DNA of 64,000 nucleotides, from the IMG/VR virus record IMGVR_UViG_3300048999_000191. One strand, given 5' to 3'. Positions 1 through 10,225 of this stretch are shown in pieces. The DNA comes from a virus. How positions within the stretch are numbered: position 1 is the stretch's first letter; every line of letters starts with the position of its first letter. The notes beneath the pieces are model-generated. The model made no database searches, was not told where the DNA came from, and worked only from the letters and a program-made list of their open reading frames with translations. The translations under genes and the position numbers were made by a program.

Positions 1-432
1 GTACTTCAGCAGCTGTGCGTCCTTCTCGCCGTACAAACGCACACTGGCCTGGTTCTCGGTGCGCGTCCCATCACCGAAGACGATCCCGGCGGTGATCCCG
101 AAGGGAGACGGGGTACTTCGGCTGGCCACGCGGCGCGGCAGCTGCGCAGCAAGCACCATGCCGGACCGCAGCTCGGTGGTCAGCAACTCCTTGACCTTGC
201 TCTTGCTGTCGCTCCAACGTCCGAACCAGCGGTGGTTCGACGTCGCATAGATGACCTTCTCCTGCTTGTTGCGCCGCAGGCTCACCTTCATGAGCGGCTG
301 CACACCGAAGCTGCGCACTTCTGCATTGGTCCAGACCCCGCCCGTGGTCATGAGGTCGTGCTTCGACCCGACGAGATCACCGATCTCGCGCACGCCCTGC
401 TTGGTTGTCACCCGAGTCTCGGCGGCAAAGCA
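1..432 (-). mobile_element. Intein in DnaE (N-terminal part only; truncated by window)
   Basis: After ...EVLGKTWG the frame reads CFAAETRVTTKQG (block A), YATSNHRWF (block B), GITAGIVFGDG (LAGLIDADG motif). Confidence 0.9.
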
Positions 433-2553
433 GCCCCAGGTCTTGCCGAGGACCTCGCGCATCCGCTCGTCGGGGTAGTAGACCTCCTCCTCGCCCTTGC
501 GCCGGGCCAGGTAGCGGTCGGTCAGCCCCGAGCGCGCCGGGCCGGGCCGGACCAGGGTCACCATGTCGGCCAGCTCGTGCAGGCCGCCGGGCTTCATCCG
601 CCGGGACATCGCGGTGCCGATCGCCGAGCCGATCTGGAACAGGCCGAGACAATGGCCCTTCCCGATCTGGTCGTACAGCAGCGGGTCTTCCAGCTCCTCG
701 GTCCAGGCGTAGGGGTTGATGCGCTTGCCGGTGTGCTCGAAGATCAGGTCCATCGCGGTCTGGATCATGTCCAGGTTGGCGATGTTGAGCAGGTCGAACT
801 TCACGTACCCGAGTAGCTCCAGCACCTTCAGGTCGAATTGGGCGATCATCGTGCCGTCCTCGCCCATCCGCAGCGGCAGGTTCTCCGTCAGCGGATGATC
901 CGGGTCGATGATCACGCCCGCCGGGTGCTTGCCGTAGGCCTTCAGCCGCCCGTGGAAGCGCTTGGCGTAGAGGAAGACGTCGGGGTATCGGTCGGCGTAG
1001 GGCTGGAGCAGGTCCCCGGCGCGGTCCCACAGTTCGTCCCAGGACAGCCCCAGACCGGCCGTGTCACCCTCGGCCGCCTCGATGATCTTCGAGCACTCCA
1101 TCATGTCGGTCCAGTGGCCCTCGGGCAGGGTGTCCTTCAGCGCGCGAGCCACCGACTGGATGACGCTCTTGGACTTCAGCCGCATGTGCGTGCCGACGGT
1201 GGCCACGTTGGACTCGCCCCAGCGCTTCGCGACGTAGCCGTACATCTCGGCCTTCTTCGAGCTGGGGAAGTCGATGTCGAAGTCCGGCAGCTCCGTGCGA
1301 CCCTTGGTCATGAAGCGCTCGAAGAGGACGTCGTGCTCGACCGGGTCGATCTCCGTGATGCCGAGCAGGTAGGCCACCAGCGAACCGCCGCCGGATCCGC
1401 GCCCGGGGCCGACCAGGATGCCGGTCCCCTTCGCGTAGCCGACGAGGTCGGCCACCATGAGGAAGTAGCCCGCGAAGCCCTTCGCCGCGATCATCGTGAA
1501 TTCGTTCTCGAACCGTCGCATGTAGGCGGTCGAGCCGTGCTTCTTCCCACTGGTGCGCTCGTCCCAGCGGTCCATGCATTGGGTCAGCAGCCGCTCGATG
1601 TCGTGCTTCGCGGGGTCGGGGTGGTCCTGGGTCTTGCGCGAGTAGACCGGGGTGTGGCTCGACAGCTCGATCTTTGCCGAGCACCTGTCGGCGATCGTCT
1701 GGGTGTTGGTGAAGGCGCGCTCCAAGATCTCGACCAGATAATCTGGACACCCACCGTGCTCTTCGGCGTAGTCCCGGTTCGCACCGAGATAGCCGCGCAC
1801 CTCGATGCCGGGCATGACGTGGTAGTCCTCGTCGCCCTCGAACATCGAGGAGTCGGCCAACTCATCGAGCGTCTTGCCGATGGCCGACGCCAGCCAGACC
1901 TTGTGTGCAGCCTTCTCTTGCGGTGTCGAGTAGTGCGAGTCGCAGGTGATGACCGGTTCGATCTTGTACCGCCAGGCCTCCTCCAGCAGCCAGGCGTTGC
2001 CCCGGAGCTGGTCCTCCTGCATGCCGGTCTGGATCTCCGCATAGAGCCGGTCGCCGAAGATTTCCTTGAGTCGCAGGAGGTTCGAGACGGCCAACTCCTC
2101 GTCGCCCTTGATGAAGGGGTTCAGCACCGGGCCGCCGAGGCACGCCGTCGAACACATGACGCCCTTGTTCAGGCGCTGCAAGGTGTCCCAATCGAGGCGC
2201 GCGTACTTGCCCCACAGACCGTCCCGATAGGATTCGGTGCTCATGGCCCAGAGGTTCTTCAAGCCCTCGTCGTCCATGGCCCACAGGATCAGGTGCCAGT
2301 AGTCGGTGACCTTGCCCTCGCGGGAGAACCGGTCATCGACGAAGTAGGCCTCCAGGCCGAAGATCGGCTTGACACCCTCGGCCTCGCAGATGATCTGAGC
2401 GTCCGGGTGCGCGGCGCAGTTGCCGTGGTCGGTGAACGCGACGGCGGTCTGCCCGTCGGCCTTGACCGCCGCGACGATCTCCTTCGTGGTTGAGAGACCG
2501 TCGAGTGGAGAATACTCAGTGTGAGTATGTAGGTGCACAAAGTTGCCAGACAT
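1..2553 (-). CDS. dnaE: DNA polymerase III alpha subunit (phage), intein-containing; runs off the left edge
   Basis: Missing from the ORF track; manual translation from ATG 2553 gives MSGNFVHLHTHTEYSPLDGLS...AFTDHGN (PHP domain), GPGRGSGGGSLVAYLLGIT, PDFDIDF, KHPAG and KFDLL motifs. Confidence 0.95.
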   Translation of the reverse strand, partial: MSGNFVHLHTHTEYSPLDGLSTTKEIVAAVKADGQTAVAFTDHGNCAAHPDAQIICEAEGVKPIFGLEAYFVDDRFSREGKVTDYWHLILWAMDDEGLKNLWAMSTESYRDGLWGKYARLDWDTLQRLNKGVMCSTACLGGPVLNPFIKGDEELAVSNLLRLKEIFGDRLYAEIQTGMQEDQLRGNAWLLEEAWRYKIEPVITCDSHYSTPQEKAAHKVWLASAIGKTLDELADSSMFEGDEDYHVMPGIEVRGYLGANRDYAEEHGGCPDYLVEILERAFTNTQTIADRCSAKIELSSHTPVYSRKTQDHPDPAKHDIERLLTQCMDRWDERTSGKKHGSTAYMRRFENEFTMIAAKGFAGYFLMVADLVGYAKGTGILVGPGRGSGGGSLVAYLLGITEIDPVEHDVLFERFMTKGRTELPDFDIDFPSSKKAEMYGYVAKRWGESNVATVGTHMRLKSKSVIQSVARALKDTLPEGHWTDMMECSKIIEAAEGDTAGLGLSWDELWDRAGDLLQPYADRYPDVFLYAKRFHGRLKAYGKHPAGVIIDPDHPLTENLPLRMGEDGTMIAQFDLKVLELLGYVKFDLLNIANLDMIQTAMDLIFEHTGKRINPYAWTEELEDPLLYDQIGKGHCLGLFQIGSAIGTAMSRRMKPGGLHELADMVTLVRPGPARSGLTDRYLARRKGEEEVYYPDERMREVLGKTWGCFAAETRVTTKQGVREIGDLVGSKHDLMTTGGVWTNAEVRSFGVQPLMKVSLRRNKQEKVIYATSNHRWFGRWSDSKSKVKELLTTELRSGMVLAAQLPRRVASRSTPSPFGITAGIVFGDGTRTENQASVRLYGEKDAQLLKY

Positions 2554-2584
2554 GCGGTCCCTGTGATTCCTCTGGTACGGGAGG

Positions 2585-2640
2585 GATACGCACTCGACGG
2601 GGTCAAGCCCTGGGTATGACCCCGTCGAGGCGTGCGTATC
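2585..2640. terminator. Long inverted repeat between SSB and dnaE
   Basis: gatacgcac-tcgacggggtca...tgaccccgtcgag-gcgtgcgtatc stem-loop. Confidence 0.55.
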
Positions 2641-2660
2641 TTAGCTGATCGATCGAGCGA

Positions 2661-3761
2661 TCAGGCGTCGGCGTTCTCTTCCGCGCCCGAGTAGTTGCCC
2701 ATCATGCCCGCCTGCTGGAACAGCCGGTCACGCATCGCGGCGACGTCTTCGGCGTCCACGTCCTCTTCGGCGGGTGCCGCAGCCGGGGCCTGCGTGCCCA
2801 CGCCGCTCTCGCGGTCGGCCTTGGCGTCGTCACGCTTCTCGTCGTTCTTCTTGCTCGCCGGGTGCTCGTGACCCGGCCGGGTGTCGAAGAAGGTGTCGAA
2901 ACGCTGGTCGGAGGCCTGCTCGGAGATGATCTCCTCCAGGTTCACGAACCCGTCGTACTTGGCCTTGATCTCCGGGTCCTCCAGGGACCAGCGGACGACC
3001 TCGAACTCGCCGGTCTCGGCGCCGGTCTCGTCCAGGATCGGCTTCTTGTAGTCCATCGGGTCCATGGCCACGATGTCATACTCGGTCTCCAGGCCCTCAC
3101 CGCGACGGGTGATCTTGAAGTCCCGGTCGAGCACCGTGTCCCAGGTGTCCCAGACAGCCTGGATGGCGCCGAAGAAGTTCGACGAGGACTGGTTGATGAC
3201 GATGATCTCCGGCACCTTCCTGGTCCCGGTGACCTTGCCCTCGGAGTCGGTCTGCTCCTCGTCGATGATCTTGTCCCGGAAGCCGATGATCTTGCCGATC
3301 TTGCTGGCCGGGCAGAGACCCTTGTCGACGGCGGCCTGGGTCCCCCGGACCTCTTCGCGCACCAGCGCTCGCGCCCAGAGCTTCACGGACGGGAAGTACT
3401 TGCCGCGCTTGTTCTTCTGGTTCTCCATGTGGTCGCAGATGAAGCACTCCCCGTCGTACTCGGGAAAGACCAGCTCCCCGTTCTCGGGGTTCTTCTGCTT
3501 GCGGCACACCGCGCCCATGGCGGTCGGCCACTTCTTCTTGTCCGCGTCCTTGACGTCCTTCTGCCAGTCCGGCGGCGCGCCCTTGGTGGGAACGAAGGAG
3601 TGCTGGTAGACGTACGGCCACTCGTCCGAGTCGTCGATCAGCCGGATGGTGATCGACTCCTTGTCCTTGAGGGACAGGTACTTGACCTTCTTGAAGCTGC
3701 CGAACTGCTTCTTACCGGCCTCTTCGCGGGCGGCTTCGCCACCCCTACCGAAATTGGGCAT
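2661..3761 (-). CDS. Single-stranded DNA-binding protein (T4 gp32-like)
   Basis: YLSLKDKESITIRL N-terminus, CFICD Zn motif, RDFKITRRGEGLETEYDI, acidic C-tail; replisome context. Confidence 0.7.
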   Translation of the reverse strand: MPNFGRGGEAAREEAGKKQFGSFKKVKYLSLKDKESITIRLIDDSDEWPYVYQHSFVPTKGAPPDWQKDVKDADKKKWPTAMGAVCRKQKNPENGELVFPEYDGECFICDHMENQKNKRGKYFPSVKLWARALVREEVRGTQAAVDKGLCPASKIGKIIGFRDKIIDEEQTDSEGKVTGTRKVPEIIVINQSSSNFFGAIQAVWDTWDTVLDRDFKITRRGEGLETEYDIVAMDPMDYKKPILDETGAETGEFEVVRWSLEDPEIKAKYDGFVNLEEIISEQASDQRFDTFFDTRPGHEHPASKKNDEKRDDAKADRESGVGTQAPAAAPAEEDVDAEDVAAMRDRLFQQAGMMGNYSGAEENADA

Positions 3762-3819
3762 TCGTTTTCCTGTTCTCGTCTTTTTCGTTTCTTGGGTCTG
3801 GCGGTCGTGGGTCTTCGTG

Positions 3820-4638
3820 TTATTCAGTTAGGTCTGCGATCAGCGCGTCCGCCGCAGCTGTGGCCATCTCCCTGTCCGGCTCCATGTCCTCGCGCAGGTA
3901 GACGGTGCGGACACCATACGTGCGAGCTACGACAAAACGGGAGTCCGTGCGTCCGCGCCCGATGTAGCCGACGCAGATCTTGGTCGTCACCTCCAGTGCG
4001 GCGAGCTGGCTGACCAGCAGTTCTTGCCAGTGACCGAGCCGAGTGACCTCGGTGCACCCGGTCCCCCAGCGGTAGTAGCCCCACCGCCAGAAGGTCTCGA
4101 TCAGCAGATCTTCATCCTTGCACGGATCCTGCCCATCTGGGTACTGCTCGTTTGGGTAGTGTTCGCTGTCCGTGTTCGGCAGGTTGAAGCCCATCTGCTT
4201 CAGGATCTCACGCTGAGTGGCCCGCGTGTCATTGCTCGGCTTGACGGCGGCCGCCATTCTTTTGACCATGTCCATCAGCGCATCGATCTGGATCTGGTCC
4301 ATGTGCTGATGGCCGAATTGCGCCATGTCGTATTTCCGGCGCTCCGCCTCGTTCAGCAGCAGCTTGAACACCCGGGTCAGGTAGACGCTCTTCTCGCCGT
4401 CGACTCGGTGGTAGGCCAGCCGGAGCGCCTTCTTCGTGATGCCGGTGAAGGGCCATTCGAAGCCCAGCGCCCGGTAGTAGCCGTTCACGTCCCAGATGAC
4501 CTCGGGCGTGACGGCGAGGACCATGCAGCTGGACGCCTCCAGCGGCCCCGTGCCGCCGCGCTCGGGCAGGTCGCGACGGCGATCCGGCTCCTGATCGGGG
4601 ACCAGGAAGCCGGAGACGTCCAGCTGCCGGAAGCTCAC
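3820..4638 (-). CDS. J-domain-like protein lacking HPD
   Basis: GYYRALGF...ITKKALRLAYH...VFKLLLNEAERRKYD resembles J-domain helices. Confidence 0.55.
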   Translation of the reverse strand: MSFRQLDVSGFLVPDQEPDRRRDLPERGGTGPLEASSCMVLAVTPEVIWDVNGYYRALGFEWPFTGITKKALRLAYHRVDGEKSVYLTRVFKLLLNEAERRKYDMAQFGHQHMDQIQIDALMDMVKRMAAAVKPSNDTRATQREILKQMGFNLPNTDSEHYPNEQYPDGQDPCKDEDLLIETFWRWGYYRWGTGCTEVTRLGHWQELLVSQLAALEVTTKICVGYIGRGRTDSRFVVARTYGVRTVYLREDMEPDREMATAAADALIADLTE

Positions 4639-4814
4639 TCACCCTCCGGGCTGGCTTCGTCGGCCTCAGCGGCTCCCTCCGTCGCCGGAACGGCCTCGGC
4701 GGGCTCCTCGGCGGCCAGGTGCCTCATCGCGGTCCTGGAGAGGCCCTGGGGGTCGTTCCGGTCCACTTCGACGGTTCCGCGCTCAACGCCGAACTTGCGC
4801 AGCGGCATGATCAT
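4635..4814 (-). CDS. Small hypothetical protein
   Basis: ATGA overlap with the primase stop; GAAAGG upstream. Confidence 0.55.
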   Translation of the reverse strand: MIMPLRKFGVERGTVEVDRNDPQGLSRTAMRHLAAEEPAEAVPATEGAAEADEASPEGE

Positions 4815-5962
4815 CCTTTCCACTTCATCAGGCTCTCGTATCCCGGCCACTTCCAGAGCGACCAGGGCATCGCGTTGGCAACCCGCTCAGCCACCACATC
4901 GTCGGGAAGATCAGCAGGGTCAGTGTCACGGTACTTCCAGTCCACCACCCGTAGGGGTACGTACCGGCGAAGCTCCGCGATCGCGCGCTGGGTGCCCTTC
5001 CATCCGGCGGCGTCCGGGTCGAACCACAGGGTGATGGACTTCGCCTTGTGCAGGATCCGCAGCTGGGGGTCGGTGAGCTGCTTGCCGAAGCTGGCCACCA
5101 TCGGCTGGTGGTGGCAGTGCCGCAGCACGCTCATCGGGCTCTCCACGAGCACGATGTCCTTGCCGGGCTCCCAGCCGTAGAGCACCCGGTCGCGGGGGAA
5201 CTTCACGCTGTTCTTGTACTTCGGCTCGTCCTCGCCCCGGATGGCGCGCGCCTGCCAGCCGAGCAGCTTGCCGTCCCAGAACAGCGGAATGACGATCCGC
5301 TCCTGCGGCGGCAGCGGGATCATCTCGCCGTCGTCGTCCAGGACCAGCTCGCCGTCCTCATCGCGCTGCCAGCCCATCGGGTACTTCTCGGCGTAACCGA
5401 TGCGGAACCGCTGACAGTTCTCCTCGGGGATCCCCCGGCACTTGATCTTGCCGAAGCTACCCTCGTGGGTCATGTACGGGTGGGTGACCGGGAAGGTCCA
5501 CGGCGCCAGCGCGCTCTCGGGGTAGACGTTCATCGGCTCGGGCCGGTTCTCCTGCTTGGCGAAGATCGCCTCCAGGATCTCGACCACCCGCTTGCCGTCC
5601 ATCGACCGGCCGCCGACGCCGGTCTGGTCACCCAGCCAGCGGAAGGCCTCGTCGGTCTCCACGCCCCGGGTGACCGCGATGAACCAGAGCAGGCCGCCCT
5701 GGGCTCCGCAGCCGAGGCAGTTGAAGGCCAGCCGCTGGTAGTTCAGGCTCGCCGACGGGTTGCGGTCGCCGTTGCGATGCGCGTTGGGGATCGGGCAGGA
5801 GTGAATGATCTCGTGCTTCGAGTTCGGCGGCCGGACGTTGCTCGCGCCGATCTCGTTGAGCAGGTCCTGGCACAGCTGGAGCTTGATCACGTCGGGCAGC
5901 AGCGAGGCCTCGAAGAAGGGCGTCGTGGGGGCCTTGCCGAAGCCCCGGCCGTAGTTAGGCAC
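4811..5962 (-). CDS. DNA primase (Zn finger + TOPRIM)
   Basis: SCPIPNAH...FNCLGCG zinc-binding region; RIVIPL, PKYKNS, VLVES, FDPDAAG, DPAD TOPRIM motifs. Confidence 0.88.
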   Translation of the reverse strand: MPNYGRGFGKAPTTPFFEASLLPDVIKLQLCQDLLNEIGASNVRPPNSKHEIIHSCPIPNAHRNGDRNPSASLNYQRLAFNCLGCGAQGGLLWFIAVTRGVETDEAFRWLGDQTGVGGRSMDGKRVVEILEAIFAKQENRPEPMNVYPESALAPWTFPVTHPYMTHEGSFGKIKCRGIPEENCQRFRIGYAEKYPMGWQRDEDGELVLDDDGEMIPLPPQERIVIPLFWDGKLLGWQARAIRGEDEPKYKNSVKFPRDRVLYGWEPGKDIVLVESPMSVLRHCHHQPMVASFGKQLTDPQLRILHKAKSITLWFDPDAAGWKGTQRAIAELRRYVPLRVVDWKYRDTDPADLPDDVVAERVANAMPWSLWKWPGYESLMKWKG

Positions 5963-7274
5963 TGAGAGCCACCTCCCGCATCACCCGGATGTCGCCGACG
6001 CCGAGGCGCCAGACCATCTCCCAGGCCTCGGGCCGCTCTTCGACACGGCGCCCCTTGAGCTTCTGGAGCAGCGCGCCGTCCTCGTTGGTCTCGGTCGGCT
6101 GGCGCAGCAGGCTGAAGACGAAGTCCGGCGTCCGCTCCATCTCGGAGGACTCGGCCAGGTGCTCCATGTCGTAGCGGCCGAGCCGCGCGGCCGCGTCCTT
6201 GCCCTCGCGGTTGATCTGTGCGAGCACGAGGGCGGCGATCTTCTCCTTGCCCTCGGAGATCAGGACATACAACTCCTTCATGATCTCCATGACGATCTCG
6301 TTGCGCTTGTGCGTGCGGGTGCCGATCACCGCTTCGATGTGGGACAGCTGGTCGATGATCACCGATTCGCCGCCGAGGGCGAACACCCGGCGGACGAGCG
6401 AGACCGGATCGCGGTCGCCGCGCTCGGGCATGATGATGATCGGCGCGTGCTCGGTCTGCTGGATCCGGTCCTTGGCCACGTGGAAGCGCTCCAGCGGCGC
6501 GCCTTCCACGGTGCCCTTCTGCCAGCGGGCGTAATCGAGCCCGGCCATCATGCAGGCCATCCGATCGATGATCATCTCAACGCTGTTCTCCAGCGTGTAG
6601 AGCACCGATCGGCGGCCGCGCCGCCACTCGGCCAGTGCCGTCTTGATCGCCATCCAGGTTTTGCCGGACCCGGCATAGCCCGCGAAGACGGCCATCTCGC
6701 CGTCCCGGACGCCCATGGTGTGTGCGTCGATCTCCGGTAAGCCGAAGGTCAGCCCCTGGATGTGCATCCGCGCGATGGCACGTTCCTGGTACCGAGCCCA
6801 GGCCTGATCCAGGCCGATGTCCAGCGGCATCTCGTCGTAGTGGCTGATCAGCTTGTTCGTCAGGGCGTGGAACCGCCCCGAGTACTCCTTCACCACCGAG
6901 GTCTTGTCCGGCGGTGCGGCGTTGGTCAGCTCGTTGGCCAGCTGGATCGTCAGCTCGTTCACCTGGTCCTCGGCGAACTGGGTGCGCAGCTGGGTGACGG
7001 CCCACTCGATCGAGTCCGTCTCGTACTGGTCCTCGATGACGAGGTCGATCTTCTCCATCCGGTCGCCCCAGGTCTCCAGGATCCCTTCCCTGGTGGGGGC
7101 GACGCTCCGGCCGGAGCGGAAGTAGACGTCGAGGACCCAGCCCACGATCTCGGGAGCCAGGTCGCCGGGGATGCACTCGCGGATCGTGGAGCTGGAGAAG
7201 CCCTCGCGCACGAGGTAGTCAAGGCTGTCTGCGTTGGTGAGGTGGCTGAAGAGAACCTCTTCGGCGTGATTCAA
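5955..7274 (-). CDS. DnaB-like replicative helicase
   Basis: Walker A GYAGSGKT, TLEN, IIDQL, LAQINRE, LKGRR. Confidence 0.9.
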   Translation of the reverse strand: MNHAEEVLFSHLTNADSLDYLVREGFSSSTIRECIPGDLAPEIVGWVLDVYFRSGRSVAPTREGILETWGDRMEKIDLVIEDQYETDSIEWAVTQLRTQFAEDQVNELTIQLANELTNAAPPDKTSVVKEYSGRFHALTNKLISHYDEMPLDIGLDQAWARYQERAIARMHIQGLTFGLPEIDAHTMGVRDGEMAVFAGYAGSGKTWMAIKTALAEWRRGRRSVLYTLENSVEMIIDRMACMMAGLDYARWQKGTVEGAPLERFHVAKDRIQQTEHAPIIIMPERGDRDPVSLVRRVFALGGESVIIDQLSHIEAVIGTRTHKRNEIVMEIMKELYVLISEGKEKIAALVLAQINREGKDAAARLGRYDMEHLAESSEMERTPDFVFSLLRQPTETNEDGALLQKLKGRRVEERPEAWEMVWRLGVGDIRVMREVALSA

Positions 7275-7361
7275 TTTCGGCTCCGGTGCGCCAGGAAGTG
7301 GATCAGGTCAGGAGACCATACAGCCCCCGTCAGGTGGACGGGGGCCATACGGCCGTGATCT

Positions 7362-7787
7362 TCAGAGCAGCGCGGCGATCTTCGCGGCGAAGACGCGGTC
7401 CGATGCCCGGTCGAAGCGGGCGACGCTCATCGGCGCGCCGAGCCACTCGCCACCGGCCTCCTGGAAGGCGTACCGGGCGATGGCCATGGCCTGATCGCCC
7501 CAGCGGTCCTGGAAGCCCATGAAGATCGTGTTCTCCCGGCGGGGCTCGCGCGGGAACGGCGCAATCTCCTCCAGCTGGCTGATCACGTAGTTCCGGACCG
7601 CCTCCCACTCCGAGTGGGGCGCGAAGTCGTTCCGGTTCGTCGGGATGCGGGACGGGGTGGCGGGGGCAGGAGCGGGCTCCGAGATGGGGGTCACGGTGAC
7701 CCGCTCCTGCACCGCCGGAACCTCGTCCCGATGGGCCTGGACAGCCGTTCCGGTGTCCTCGTCCAGGTCCTCGGTGAAGTTCAGCAC
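7362..7787 (-). CDS. Hypothetical protein upstream of helicase
   Basis: Typical codon usage; likely GTG start at 7787 after GAGAGGAAG. Confidence 0.6.
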   Translation of the reverse strand: MLNFTEDLDEDTGTAVQAHRDEVPAVQERVTVTPISEPAPAPATPSRIPTNRNDFAPHSEWEAVRNYVISQLEEIAPFPREPRRENTIFMGFQDRWGDQAMAIARYAFQEAGGEWLGAPMSVARFDRASDRVFAAKIAALL

Positions 7788-7839
7788 GGGTTCTTCCTCT
7801 CGCGGTAAATTCTGACATCTGCCCAGGTCAGAGCAGTTT

Positions 7840-8199
7840 TTACGAACGCCTCTCAAGGACGTTCCGGTCGACCCATGTCCGAAATGGGATCACGATCGCG
7901 TCCATGCTCTTGCGCAGGGGTTCTTGATCGTAAGTCGCTTCGGAGTGGATCTCCAGCACCCGGGTTCCGGGACGGTTTACCAGCAGCTTCCGTACCGTGT
8001 CTTCACCCGGCTGGAGGATGAACCAGCACTCGGCATCCGCTCCGGCCAGATAGCCGGTCACGTACTCGATCTGCTCGTTGATAACGATCGTCGCGGTGAC
8101 CTTCTGGCCGAACTTCACGCTGCGGGCGGCCTGCATGAGCGTCACGGTCGCACGCTCAGCTAGGACCTCCCTCGGCATGTTCGTCGGCGTGCTTCGCAC
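7840..8199 (-). CDS. Hypothetical protein
   Basis: AGGAGG RBS before GTG 8199. Confidence 0.6.
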   Translation of the reverse strand: MRSTPTNMPREVLAERATVTLMQAARSVKFGQKVTATIVINEQIEYVTGYLAGADAECWFILQPGEDTVRKLLVNRPGTRVLEIHSEATYDQEPLRKSMDAIVIPFRTWVDRNVLERRS

Positions 8200-8262
8200 G
8201 TGGTCCTCCTGATGTCCTCCCTGGGGCACACATTGGGGTGCGGCCCCGAGGAAATGGGCAGG

Positions 8263-9210
8263 TTAGGGAGTCGTCCTCCCTTCCGCCGCGCGCGGCCGGA
8301 ACGGACGGCCGACCGCGCTGGCCTGGGTCCAGAGAGCGTTGCGCCGGAAACTGGCCTGAATTCCGGCCAGCTCGTACCGGGTCAGGAAGGCGTCGAGCAC
8401 GGCGCCGTCGGGGCTGTCGCACGGCGCGGGCCGGAACCGCCGAATGTGGTTTCCGTAATCCGGGATCGGGTCGGCGGTCAGGTCCATCAGCCGGACGTTG
8501 CGCCGCACCAGCTCGACGTGCTCGGGGTACTTCTCCTGGATCGCCTTGGCGATATTCCAGTCGAAGTCGTTCAGGAGCTTCAGCGCCCGCTTCGGCCCGA
8601 CGCCCTTGATCCCCTCGATGTTGTCCGACGTGTCGCCGGTGAGCGCTCCCACCAGGGCCCATAGATGCGGCTCGAAGCCGTTCTTCTCCACGAAGCGCTC
8701 GTGGGTCCACTTCTCGTAGATCCCGCCGCCGACCGGCTTGCGCGCGGTCGTGTTGATGGCCCAGGGGCTCGGACCGAGCAGCTGGTAGAGGTCCTTGTCG
8801 CCGGAGAGGATGATGATCTCTTCGGCCTGATGGATCTTCCACCACCAGGTGGCCACCAGGTCGTCGGCCTCGAACTCGGCCAGCCGCTGCTGAAAGATCC
8901 CGGCGGCGTCCAGGAACTCCCGCATCAGCGGGAACGCGGCGGTGTAGTCCTTCCCGGGCTCAGGTACGGCCGTCTTGCGGTTCGCCTTGTAGGTGGGCAG
9001 CAGGCGGTGCCGGAACTCGCTCTTGCCGTCCCAGGCCACCGCGACGTGGGTCGGGTGCTCCTCGCCGATGACCTTGGCCAGCGAGTTAATGAAGAACATC
9101 AGCGCGGCGGTCGGGACGCCGTCGTCGGTCGAGAGGGTGTTCGTCGCCCAGGAGGCGTGGGCGGCCCTGGCCGCGATGTTGTTGCCGTCGACCAGCAGGT
9201 ACTTGGTCAC
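8263..9210 (-). CDS. 5'-3' exonuclease / flap endonuclease (Pol I N-terminal-like)
   Basis: LLVDGNN, AWDG, YKANR, FEADD, SGDKDLYQL, GDTSDNIEGIKGVGPK. Confidence 0.93.
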   Translation of the reverse strand: MTKYLLVDGNNIAARAAHASWATNTLSTDDGVPTAALMFFINSLAKVIGEEHPTHVAVAWDGKSEFRHRLLPTYKANRKTAVPEPGKDYTAAFPLMREFLDAAGIFQQRLAEFEADDLVATWWWKIHQAEEIIILSGDKDLYQLLGPSPWAINTTARKPVGGGIYEKWTHERFVEKNGFEPHLWALVGALTGDTSDNIEGIKGVGPKRALKLLNDFDWNIAKAIQEKYPEHVELVRRNVRLMDLTADPIPDYGNHIRRFRPAPCDSPDGAVLDAFLTRYELAGIQASFRRNALWTQASAVGRPFRPRAAEGRTTP

Positions 9211-9614
9211 GAGGTCTCACCTTCGAGTCGAGCCATTCCGGCGAGCACCTTCATGGCAATGTGGTTGGACAGGCCGCGCCAGATCTGCGCGGCCGCGTCC
9301 CGGCGCTGAGGGCCGGTGCTGGGCAGTACCTCGGTGGCGCTGAGCTGCTCCAGGATCAGCTCGACCGCCCGGCTCATCTCCTCGTCCACCACGTCGCGCG
9401 GGTTCGGCCGGGGGCCGTGCTGGTTACCGGAGATGTGCTCGCAGGCTTCGCACAGCATCATCCCGTCGCCGTGCAGGCACTCGTGGGTGGCCTCGCGCTT
9501 ACGGCAGCCGTTGCACGTCAGGCTCTCGTGGTGCTCACAGCGCAGCCCCGTGCGTTCGGTGACGCACATCGAGCCATCGGCCAGGCCGAAGCCGCAGATC
9601 GGTGCCTCGGTCAC
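9207..9614 (-). CDS. Cys/His-rich putative zinc-binding protein
   Basis: Several CxxC/CxxH pairs; GTGA coupling. Confidence 0.55.
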   Translation of the reverse strand: MTEAPICGFGLADGSMCVTERTGLRCEHHESLTCNGCRKREATHECLHGDGMMLCEACEHISGNQHGPRPNPRDVVDEEMSRAVELILEQLSATEVLPSTGPQRRDAAAQIWRGLSNHIAMKVLAGMARLEGETS

Positions 9615-10165
9615 GAGACCTCCCAGTGCAGCATCTCGCCGCGCCGGATCGCCTGCGTAGCCTCCTCGATCGCCTGCTCGTACTGCGGGTTCTGGAAAGC
9701 GGCCGGTTCCCGGCCCGCATCCAGCTCCTCCAGCCGCTGGAGGACCAGCAGGACCATCTGTCGCCGGGAGGCCAGCTGGCCGTTCCAGTGCTCCAGCAGG
9801 AAGCCGGTGTCGCCCAGCGTGTAGCCGTGCTGGAGCGCCGAGGCCTTGACGTGCCGGATGATCATCGCGAACTCCGGCGGCTTCAGCGCGCGCTCACGCA
9901 GCAGCAGGTGCGCGAGGTCCTCGATCTGGGACAGGTTGAATCGGCGGTGCCCGGCATCGGTGCGGTCCGGTTCCCAGTCCTCTCGGTATCCGAAGAGCCG
10001 CTTGCGCAGCCAGTTCGTCGACTTGCCGAAGAAGACCTCGGCAACCTCCTTGGTGGCGTACGTGGGGCCCTTGGCGGCCATCTCGGGGGTCACCCAGCGA
10101 TCGCGGTCGGGTGGTTCTAGTACCCCCTCGCCACTGATCACGAAGGGTTCGGTCGTTTCGAGCAT
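9611..10165 (-). CDS. MerR-type HTH DNA-binding protein
   Basis: YATKEVAEVFFGKSTNWLR...RTDAGHRRFNLSQIE. Confidence 0.7.
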   Translation of the reverse strand: MLETTEPFVISGEGVLEPPDRDRWVTPEMAAKGPTYATKEVAEVFFGKSTNWLRKRLFGYREDWEPDRTDAGHRRFNLSQIEDLAHLLLRERALKPPEFAMIIRHVKASALQHGYTLGDTGFLLEHWNGQLASRRQMVLLVLQRLEELDAGREPAAFQNPQYEQAIEEATQAIRRGEMLHWEVS

Positions 10166-10225
10166 GAGCGCCTCCAGGGCGGAAGAGGAGACCCGGCGTC
10201 GCGGGGGCGCCGGGTCTCCTCGGGA

